NCBI GenBank assembly: GCA_024679065.1
Contig: JAGIQG010000004.1
Span: forward strand, 63,240,001-63,304,000
Length of the DNA stretch: 64,000 nucleotides
Source: Sphyrna mokarran
Lineage: Eukaryota
Reading direction: 5' to 3'
The position numbers were made by a program, and so were the translations under genes. Positions 11,859-23,800 of the stretch are shown here, one piece after another (the first letter of the stretch is position 1; every line of letters starts with the position of its first letter). The notes under the pieces were generated by a model. That model saw only the letters and a program-made list of their open reading frames with translations. It had not been told where the DNA came from and did no database searches.

Positions 11859-14800
11859 GTATCTGCTCCTATTACGCTTTGTTTTCTCATTCAATCGCGT
11901 AGTTATGTATCTTCGTTTTGGTGCAGCATGTTTCATTGTCCTTTACAAATATTATCTGAATCCCTTTCCTCCCTCTCTCCCTCCTGTAATATGATATCAT
12001 TATTACATTTTTACATTTTTCCCCATAGGTCCCGGTGGAACTTCAGTAAGAGTCACTCAGCTCCCTGAGAGAATAAACGCAAACATCGGTACAAACGTTT
12101 CCTTTCATTGTTCGCTTCCTTTCTTTCAAGACGGCCCACGTGTGAATGTAAACTGGTGGAAAAATGGTGATTATCAATATCTAACGTCCGGACAAAATGA
12201 TAGAATAATAACTGGATTCAAGACTAAATTCAGCGGCTTCCTTCGGATAATTAATGTGAATGTGCAGGACACAGGAGTATACTATTGCATTGTCACGCAT
12301 CAAGGCAAAACAGCTGGAAATGGAACTGGATCTAATTTAACAGTATGGAGTAAGTATAAAAAATGTAAATAAGATCCATCTGACTACAAATTTCAAACTT
12401 CAAAACATAAATTTTGATTTTAAAAATTCAACTTTTCAATTAATTTCAACGATCAGTGTGTGTACATTCCAATTATACTGGTGATTGCTGTATGCTGATG
12501 TATGCTGCAATATTTCAAAAATAATGATAAAGAGAACATTGTCTTCTAAATGTGTGATACCAACGTGTATTCAACAAACAATTGAAGTTGAAATTTCGAT
12601 ATTGGATAAGTTGGGTACCTCGGCATTAAGAGACAGTGTTGAGGATCTGATAAAGAGAACGCACTAATCCTATTTCATGGTGTAATTCGCCTACGTTGAT
12701 TGCGAAGGGCTGTATGCCTCTATTCGGGCCAGCTGTTTCAATTGTTGATGGTCTATTTTTTAAGTTCATATTTCTAACGGTTGAATTACACAATGACTAA
12801 TTTGAACAAAACCATCCTCATCTTTCACCCATCATTTTAGCCTCCAGCAAGCGTGAATCATCCGGGTCTTTGGTGCAAAATCTAACTAATTTAATAAATT
12901 AAACTTCCCACATAGCTTTTAGATTCGATGGGGTGAAATTCACCCTAGCGGAATCGCAAAATATGAGAACATCCCAAATTACATAGCGAGCAATGCGCTT
13001 CCGAATTAGAATAGAAGATTGGACGAGATTTTTTATTGGATACGAACTCGCTTTCACTCGCATGTTTTTTTTTGTCCCCATAAAAACAGTTTAAATTATA
13101 AGCAAAATAAACGCCACACGCGAGACTGTCGTCTGACTGAATTGTCACTACAGATAATGCAATCTAAATAACTATCCTTCCATTGCTCCACGCCAGGTTT
13201 ACGGCCAACAGTGGATTGGGACACATAGTTTAGCTGGTCATCGAGATTAATGGCATTAACTTAAACGAGTTGGTTACAACTCTGTTCCCTGAGCCAGGAG
13301 GATTTTGGTTCAAATCCACCGACCACCCCCTTCCGCCGCCAGGTATGAGTAAAAATCTCAACTCTGACACCCCAGTGCAACACTCCAGCGTTCTGCACTG
13401 CCACAGGGGCAATTATTTGGATAAGTCATTAAGCCTGCTGCTAAATGGATGCCGACGATCCCATGTCTCGATTTTGAAGCGCAGGGAAGTTATCCACGGT
13501 TATCCCCGAGTTGTCTTACGTGTCCAGGCCAATATTTCTCCTTCATCAACATTACGCAAAAGATGAACTGATTGTGATCACGTTTGATTTAACTTGATGT
13601 GTTATTGTCACAATTACTAGCATACATGAAAAGTATTATTTCTTGCGTGCACGCTGCAGTTTCTGGAAATTTCTTGTTCATAGATTTGCTGCCAATTGTT
13701 CATCGTTACAACAGTGACAGCATTTCAGTTGTTCTGCATTGATTGCTGGGCGTTTGAGACGTCCTCTTGTGCGAAACGCGTTACCTAACTACCAGTCTTT
13801 ATATTCTTTATTGTTCTAGCCCCACCAACCCCATTGAAAATTTACCCTCAGCAACTTGAAACGGATCCTGCTGCACCGCTGGTTGTTCTGTGCACCACAT
13901 CTCCTTTTTATCTAAAGAATATCAGTTTCACTTGGTATAAGGATGGCATTATAACTAAAATAGGGATCAATACCATCATTAAACCCAACACCAATGGACT
14001 CTACGAAGCTTCCAGCCAGTTGCAAGAGGCGCAGCCTTCCCGGCCCGGAACTGTTTATACTTGCCTGGTCTTTCACAGTGCGCTCCAAATTCCAGCCATA
14101 ACCACTCACATTGTCACCTACCCAAACACAGGTAAGATTTCTGATATAATCATATAAATTTACAGTTTTGGAAAACGTTATTTCACTCAGCCTTTCGGTG
14201 CAGCCTTTTTGAAAGAACTGTCAGATCCATTCCGCCGGCAGCAGCATTACTCCCACAACCGGCAAATCAGCATCATTAACCCTTTATCCAATTGCCTTTT
14301 GCAAATAGCTACATAAATTATTTCCAGAAAATTTTCAGGCAGCACGTTCTATATCTTCACAATTTCCAGTTAGAAAATAATTCTCCCCACAGCCCCTTTA
14401 TTATTTGCCAATGGTTTTCGATTCAGAAGTATTCATGAGACCCACTTTTTGTAGAACACGTTTTCCCCAATAATAAAATACAGTTGTCATAATTTTGCAA
14501 AATTTCCGTTAGATCTCACCTTAATATTTTCCTACTCTGTTGAAAAGAATCATAGTTTCAAATCTCGCCACGTAGCCGAAGGCCCATTGTCGTTGTTAAA
14601 CCTAGAAAACATCCTTTGCTATTCTCTCTGAGATATTGGCATTATTCCTAATATGAATTGTACACTATACATCTGTATGACTTCCATGTATCCAATGGTT
14701 CTTTCGCACGGCTAATCATCCGAAAAGTTTCACTGATCAACATTTCAACTTCCCAAACACCATTTGAAGATTTATAGATATCTCAGAATTTAAATTACAT

Positions 14801-17800
14801 GAGAGTATCTACGTTGATTTCAGTAAAATGCACACTTCATAATTATTTGCATTAAATTGCACTTGTCAGTTGTGATCACTTTTCCTGTTCCATGGAGTGC
14901 TAAAGTCGTCTGCAGTCGTCATAACAGTGACCAGTGTTGCAGGATTTATAATCTTCAAATTGTACTCCCATATCGTATAAAGAAATAGTCCTAATGTTGA
15001 ACAAAGATTCAGTCAAAAACAACAGTTTACCATTGTTCTCTATATCTATAATTTAGCCAATAATGCATCTAAAGGACCACCATTCATCAAATCCCAAGTG
15101 TTTATTTAAACATAACAAAGCCACCCTTCGACATTTTTATTTTGGTTCATAATATTTATTTTCTTATTCATTCACAGGATGTAGATGTCACTGGCTAGAC
15201 CAGCATTTATTGTCCATCCTAATTAGCCTTGAGAAGGTAGCCGTGAGCTGCCTTCTTGATTCACGGCAGTCTTTGTGCTGTAGGACCGTTAGGGAGTCCC
15301 TGGATTTTGATCCGGTGACGGTGAGCAAACGGCGATATAATTCTAAGTTAGGATGGTGTGCACAAATGGTCTTGCATCTGTTGCCTTTACAGTTATGGAG
15401 GTAGACATCAGTGAGTTTGAAAGGTGCTGCGAAAGTGAGTTTTTTCAGTGCATCTTGTAAATGTACCACCATTGCTGCAACCAGTCATGACCCCTGTTGG
15501 GGTTCTTTGAGAAAGTAAGAAGCATTGTTGATAGGGAGGAATCTATGGATGTGTTGTACTTAGATTTCCAAAGGCATTTAACAAAATGCCATGGTAAAGA
15601 CCCCTATCAAAATAAGATTCATAGTGTAGGGGGTAACATGTTCGCATGAATACAAGATTGACTATCTAACAAGAAGCAGACAGTAAGCATAAATTGATCG
15701 TTTTTGGGTTGGCAAAATGTGAAAAGTAGACTGTCAAAGGGATTAGTATTTGTATCTCATCTATTCCCAATTTTTTATCAATAACTTGGATTAAGGGACT
15801 AAATACACAGTTGTGAAATTTGCTAACGCCACAAAGATTGATGTGGGTAGATTCTTTATAGGAAAGTGAATCAGATAAATGGGAATGTCGGTTTCAAAAC
15901 ACAAACAGGTCAACCAGAATCAAATTACAGAGCAGGTTCGAGGGGGCAAATGGCCCATGTCTGCTTCTTTTTCGTATGTTCGTAGCAATATGTAGACACC
16001 TGTATCTTAATACAAATGTTCGGAAAAACTAAATATTTGCTTTGTTTCAGAGGTCGATTATATTGAATTGAATAGTGTACTCTTTTTATTTATACAAGTC
16101 ATTTAATTCTTACAGGACATCAGAGCAGCAATTTATTGATTTTTGCATTGACAAAAGGCGGGTTCCTTCTCCTGATGTTGGGTCTCATTATTGTGACGCA
16201 TTACGTCACAAAGAAAGATAATGGTAAGAAAATTAAAATCCTTTTCACTCAAGTAAGCACAACTTTTAAAGAGGGAAGGAGAGCGAGGGGAAAAGTCCTG
16301 TTACAGGTGAAGAGAAAGTTGTTTGCAATTGAACAATGCAAACAATATCCTGTCACAGAGAAGCAGAGGTGATTGCTAATTCTAGCCACTTGTGGTATGC
16401 ACTTGTGGTATATGTGGTATACGTGCAATTTCTCACAATCATTCCTGTTGGCTTCATTTATAAAGATCAAGCTATGGAAGTCGATGATCCCCAAAGGCAT
16501 ATACGCAAATACATAGCAAAAATCTCGCACAAAATACCCTGGGTACAACAACAGGCATAAGGCCATATTTTAGGGACATTTGACTGGTGTGACGCACAGC
16601 TACAGGCTCAAGAGACTATTTAAAAAGTGCCCTGAAAATCGATGATTGTCAACTTTCAAAGTTCTACAAACATGTCTAACCCAACACTAGACACTTGAGT
16701 CTCACGTAAAACCACATCCTAAGAAAATTCAATCTAATGCTATGAAATACATTTTTTCAAATTACTTTGTTTTAGTTCATTTAGACACGAAAAATTCCCA
16801 ACATTGAAGCAAAATGTGGGTCGCAAAGTATTCACGCAGTACGGTGGCACTGTGGTTAGTCCCTCATAACGCCAGGGACCTGGGTTCAATTTCACGCCTT
16901 GAGTCATTGTCTGTTGGAGTTTGCGCATTCCTCCATGCCTGTGCGGGTTTCCGCCGGGTGCTCCGGTTTCCCATCACAATCCAAAGATGTGCAGGTCAAA
17001 GATTGACCCTGCTAAATTAATCTTAGCGTCATGGGGATTAGCAGGGTAAACATGTGGGGTTACGAGAATGAGGCCTGGAAGGAATTGTGTTCGGTGCAGA
17101 CTTGACGGGCTGAATGGCCTTCTTCTGAACTGTAGGGATTCTATAGATTTCAACTCTGATTTTGTTAATATGGTATTTTAAAGCATTATCGGTGTAGCAA
17201 TAGATTTGATTTTCTTTCTATTTTGGTTGGAATTTTCTAAATTCGAGAGTCAATCACTTAGCCAGTGTTTTTATTGCAAAATCTGCTTTTGTTGCCTGCA
17301 TAATTTAATAACGTAATACTTTTATGTTATTAAAATCACTGAGCGTAAAATCATTTATTCTGCCCATGCGATTTCCAAAGTAGTTTCTTGCGCAAGGCCG
17401 GTATCAGAACAACTCACTTAGAAATCATGGAATCCTACAGTGTAGAAAGAGGCCATTCGGCCCATCGATTCCGCACCAACCACAATCCCACCCAGGCTCT
17501 ATCCCCATATCCCCACATATTTATCTATTAATCTATGCACCACAGAGCACTAAGGGCAATTTAGAATGACCAATCAAACTAGCCCGCACATCTTTGGATT
17601 GTTGGAGGAAACCAGAACACATCCACGCAGATATAGGAAGAATGTGCAAACTCCACACAGTGACATCAGCCGGAATTCGAACACAACTCCCTGGAGCTGT
17701 GAAGCAGTAGTGCTCACCACTGTACTACCATGCCGTCTTTCCTTTTGTCAAACCTGGTTGGAAACCAAACCTGTTATTTTATCTTTTGCACTGAGTCTGC

Positions 17801-20800
17801 AAGAAGTTTATTTTTAGGCTCAGTAAGTGCTCATTGTGAAGTCTTCAATAATTCCTAGGTATGCACAAGGATGGTGGAAGATGTCATTATCCGGAACAGC
17901 AGGTATGTTTCTATAATTCGTTCTAATACATCGCAAATGTTAATATATACAAGTGATGTAATCAATTTATGGCAATAAATGTTGATGCCTTATTCCATTG
18001 CTGCACAAATTCGTTTGAAGTAACGCAATGCGAATTCTGCATTTATATCATTTCCAATAAATCAGAGAGGCCTGAATTGTCTATCTGAATTGTAACTGTA
18101 TCTGCCTGAATTGTAACTGTATCTGCTGGCTGAGAATAAGCATATTGCATAAAACTGAACATCCATTTTAATGAATAGGTTAAAAAAATCTACTTTATCT
18201 GTCTGTACACAGTGGACAATATGATGAGGGCTGTAGAACATCCATTAACAAATTGAAAACTGCCACATGATTTCATCTGACAGTGATATATTGAATTCAG
18301 TTTTCATAAATGTATCTCATCAAAATACAAAAGCTGCAAGAATATCCTTTAAGTTGTGTTCCCTCAAGAACCAATTGGTTCATTAAAGTCTGACAACAAA
18401 GCATATCTATCATTTTTGAATGATAGCCGTCCACACTGTATTGGTTAACTCTTAACTCCCTTCTGAAATTTCCAGATATGCCCATCGCGAATTTCTCAAC
18501 TCATCCAAGTTTAGGTAATCAAACCTGGTCCAATCAGCAGATCCAGTAATTGAGAGTTAGTTGAAAATGCTGTCAAAGTTGTCAGTTTTTCTTTAATGTT
18601 CCCATGCGTGCAGAGGCATTACAATTGAAACTTGGGATCAATTTGCCACAATGAGAATAACCACAAGGATGCAGGTACCAGGTAATTGGCATTCGCTCCC
18701 ATTGCCTTATCCAACCATCAAATAATCAACTAAATTTGGAACATCCCAACAAATACAAAGGAAGAGCATTATTTAAATAGCGATATATTGGGAATTGATG
18801 ATGGACAAAAGGATTTGAGTGTCATTGTACATTAGTCAATGAAAGTTCAGAGACAGCTGAAGCAAGCAGTTAGGAAGGCAAATAAACTTTATTGCAAGAG
18901 GACTTGAGTTCTAAAGTATGGATGTCTTGCTCAATTATAAGGTGCCTTGTTAAGACCACACCTGAGTATTGTGTATAGATTTGTTCTCCCCACCTAAGAA
19001 AGGCTATATATGCTATAGAGGGACTGCAGCAGAACTTCTGAAGTGGATATCAGGTTGGGTAGGTTTGTCATGTCAGGAGAGATGGAGAAATTGGAAGGAT
19101 AAGAAGAAATCTGATTAAAATATATAAAATTCTGAATAAACTGGGCAAATATTTTGTTTCCTATCTGCTGACGAGCTTTCTATCCATCTTAAAACATTAT
19201 CAATAATCTTATTTGTTTTAACATTACACAGTAGTTTACTATGTAAAAACTTGTGGAAAGCCTTCTGAACGTCTAAATAAGTCACATTCACCAGTTTTCC
19301 TTGGTCAACTCTGTTAGTTACATCCTCAAAAATTCGAATAGATCTATCAGGAATTATTTCTTCTTCGCCTGATTATGCCACTGCTTTCCAAATGCTCAAC
19401 TATAAAATCAAATTCAAGCAACTTCACCAATACTGCCATTAGGCTGACTGCTCTATAGTTCGCCGTTTGCTCTCCTCCTCTTTTTTTGAAGAGACACAAT
19501 TTCCAGGGCCACTTTGTCAGTAGTCTGGAGTGAAAATTATTATGAATCCAGGAGATTTAGCCAGCTTCAATCCCATCAATTTTCCCAAAACCATTTTTCT
19601 ACTAACACTGATTTCCTTCCGTGTCTCATGAAAACCTGTTTTTTCTCAGGACTTCTAATATATTATTTATATCTTCCTTTGTGAAGGCAGAAGCAAAGTA
19701 TGAGTTTAGTTCCTCAGCCAGTTCTTTGTTCCCTGTCATGAATTCTCCCATTTCTGGCTATAAGAAGCCTACATTCGTTTTCCGATTTTTTTCTCTCTTT
19801 CCATACCAATAGAAACATTTGCAGTCAGTTTTTATGATCCCTGCTAATTTATTTTCATTGTTTATGTTCCCCTTCTTAACTAATGCATTGGTCTTCCTTT
19901 ACTGAAAATTAAACAGTTCCCAATATTCAGGTCTATTGCTTTTTAATAGAACATAGAACATAGAACAATACAGCACAGAACAGGCCCTTCGGCCTTCGAT
20001 GTTGTGCCGACCAAAATAAAAAAGCAATGCCCCTCCAAACTAAACCATTCCCTTCTCTTCCATATACTTATCAATTAACCTCTTAAACGCCACCAAACTT
20101 GGCGCATCTACACAGCTGCAGGCAGGGCATTCCACTCCCTAATCACTCTTTGAGTAAAGAACCTACCTCTGATATCCGTCCTATAACTCATACCCCCTAA
20201 TTTAAAGTTGTGTCCCCTCGTGCTAGCTTTTTCCATCCTAGGAAAAAGGCTATCACTGTCACCCTATCCAAACCTCTAATTATCTTATATGTTTCAATAA
20301 GATCCCCCCTTAGCCGCCTCCTTTCTAACGAAAACAACCTCAAATCCTTCAACCTCTCTTCATAGGACCTGCCCTCCATACCAGGCAACAACCTAGTAAA
20401 CCTCCTCTGTACCCTCTCCAATGCCTCCACATCTTTCTTATAATGTGGCGACCAGAACTGCACACAATACTCCAAGGGCGGCCGCACTAGAGTTTTGTAC
20501 AGTTGCAACATGATGCTGCGGCTCCTAAATTCAATCCCCCTACCAATAAAAGCTAAGACTCCATAAGCCTTCTTAACAAATTTATCCACTTGACTGCCTA
20601 CTTTCAGGGATCTATTGACACATACACCAAGATCCTTCTGTTCCTCAACACTATTAAGAGCCCTACATTAGCCCTATACTCTACACATTCATTGTTCCTG
20701 CCAAAGTGCATTACCTCACACTTTTCCACATTAAACTCCATTTGCCACCTCTCGGCCCAGCTCTGCAACTTGTCCAAGTCACTCTGTAAACTAAAACACC

Positions 20801-23800
20801 CCTCTTAACTATCTACCACACCACCAACTTTAGTATCATCTGCAAATTTACTGATCCATCCCTCAATACCCTCATCCAGATCATTTATAAAAATTACAAA
20901 CAGCAGGGGCCCCAAAACAGACCCCGGAGGCACACCACTCGTCACCGAACTCCACGATGAATATCTCCCATCAACCACCACCCTCTGTCTGCTATCTGCC
21001 AGCCAATTTCTAATCCAATTAGCTAAATCACCCTCTATTCCACACATCTGCATTTTCTGTAGAAGTCTTCCATGGGCCACCTTATCAAAAGCCTTACTAA
21101 AGTCCATATATACTACATCAACCGCCTTACCCCCATCCACCTCTCTGGTCAATTTCTGCCAATTTATATGCTTCTTCATTGAATCTTATGCAATTTCCAA
21201 TTTCCCGCGTAGGTTATGATTTGGCCACAGTTCCATTACCAATTATGGAATAACAGGAATAAGCACCTTAAATGCCTACCATTGCTTGTCCAGTTATTCC
21301 TTTTCAATAATACCCCCCGATCCATTATCACCAATTCATGTCTTATACCATTTTTGTTATCTTTATTGGGATTTAGGACCCTGGTCTCCGAATCAATCAT
21401 GTCACTATCCATCTTGGCAAAGGTGGTATGTTATGATCACATCCCGATGGACTTGTTCACTGCTAGATTGCAAATGAATCCTTTCTCATAACAATACACT
21501 GTCCAAGGTGGCCTATTCCTCGTTGATTGCTCAACATATTAGTCCAGAAAACCATACTGTATAGACTTCAGAATTTCCTCCTCTATTTTACTGTGATTAA
21601 TCTGATTCTTCTAATCTATATGTAGATAAAGTCACTCTTCATCACAGACGTTTATTAACACATGCACATCTGATTTCCTGTCTAATGCTACTCCCAACAT
21701 TGTCACTACAGTTTGATGTTCTGTAAACCACATCCACAAAAGTTTTTTTCTTTCCCCCTTCGTGTTTCTTATCACAGCTCGTACGGATTGCACATTGTCG
21801 ATGCCAATAATATTTTTCCTCAATATCCTATCAATGTTTTCTTTGATCAACAATACAACTATCTTTTGCGACTGTCCTTCTTAAAGACTGAATAACCTTC
21901 AATGTTTAGTGACAATCCTTTGTCAACTTTGAACCATGTCTCTGTCATTCCAACTATATCATTTCCGTTTACATCCATCTGTGTTTCTAAATCATCCATT
22001 TTGTTTTGAATGCTCTGAACGTTAGGTGTGTCCATTTAAAAGTATTTGCCCATTCCTATAACTATTTTTACCATATTCATATCTGACTCTGGTCTTTGTT
22101 TTCTCTGCTATCACTTTTCTTATTCTATTTGCAGTCTTTTTCACTTGAACTTGCTTCTCCCTGTTTTGAATCCTCACTTACATTCCCATCCCCCAGTCAC
22201 TTCCCAATCATTGTAGCAAGAAGCAGCTGCCTCCTCCCCCACCCCGCCCCCCCCCACCCCGCCCCATCATCCCCGCCCCTCCTAAGGAAACGATCTCTGG
22301 TCCTGCTCAGAACTCATCTCTCCATCCCAATGCCTCAGGAATCTGAAACCCTCCCCCTCACACCATATTTTTAGCCATATATTCATCTGGCTGCTGCCAC
22401 TCTGGCACCAGTTGTAATCTTGCAATAACTACCTTTGGGGTTCTACTTTTCAGCTTGTTTCTTAGCTCCCTATATTCTGCTTAAGGGACCCTTTTTTGTC
22501 ATTGTGATTTGTTCCAATGTGGACCACGATCACTGGCTGTTCAGCCTTGATCACCTTGAATAATGGAGTAGACTCAATGGACCACTTGTCCTACTGTTGC
22601 TCTGTTTCTGCTTTTTATTATTATTCAATCGTGGGACATAGGCATAGCTGGCTAGCCAGCATATATTGCACATTCCTACTTGTCCTCGCTCAGAGGGCAG
22701 TTGAGATTCAACCACATTGCCTGTGGCTCTGGAGTCACCTGAAGGCCAGACCAGATAAGGACGGCAGATTTCTTTTCGAAACGACATTAGTCAATCAGAT
22801 GGGTTTTTCTGACAATTGACAACGGTTTCTCGGTATTTAGTAGATTCTTATTTGCACATTTTTACTGAATTCAAATTTCACCACCTGCTGTGGCGGGTTT
22901 TGATCCCAAAACATTAGCTGTGTTTCTGGGTTAGTAATCTAGCCATAACACCATTAGTCCATCACCTGCCTCCCCCCCCCCCCCCCCCCCCCCCCCCCGC
23001 CTTTTTTTTTGTATTTGTCTTCAACTTTATTGCATTAATGGGGCCAGCGAGTCTAATCAAATATTGAGAAAGCTGCTGGAACTGAGGGTATTATGCCCAC
23101 TGTATTTCCCCTTTTTATATATAATGAATGGACAGAAATATGTTGCCATTTAGTCCATTTTTGTGATACATACTGCATGCTCCATCAAATTACTCGTACA
23201 GGCAAGGAAGCAACATTTCAGGATATCACCCAGTCAGTAGCTGAATATACTAATGATTTTTCTGTGATAGATTTTCACACTTGCTTTACATTTGTATTTC
23301 TAATTCCATTTCTTCTTCCTGCTTAATTCATCAGAGTCCAGCTTGGTGCAAAGCGATGGAAATATCTGTAGATAGAAAAGTTACATAATTAGAGAATTAT
23401 TATTATAGATGTTGATGTGGATATTGTGATATTGTGGATGAAGTAAAATATCAAAGTAAGACTTTATATTTAGTCTGGAATTTCTCTGTCTTGTTGCAAT
23501 ATAGACTGTTTTGTCCCGCATTATGACCATTAATTTCTATTTGTGGTTTGTCAGAATATTAGAAATGACCTGATTGCTGGCCATGGTCCTTTCTCTCAGG
23601 CTATGTTAATTCAATTCCTGCCAGGTGATAATTGCTGCAGAAATTTTCTAATTATGCTTAAAGTTGAATTTCATAAAATAATATCAGTAGATTACTTATT
23701 TTTGCTGTAACGTCTGTATGAATTCAACTGTGGCTTCCATCAATGGAATACAGGGAGCAACTGTGACTCCTCATTTGTTCCTTTATTTCCCTCATCATGA

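Noticed and set aside
16836-16900. tRNA genes at SINE heads (also 48261, 10480, 22900)
   Set aside because: These are degenerate A/B boxes joined to SINE bodies and do not form a complete cloverleaf.
17818-17822. 5-nt microexon (ttttag|GCTCA|gtaagt)
   Set aside because: It has good splice motifs, but only 36 nt separate it from the next candidate exon and there is no supporting evidence.
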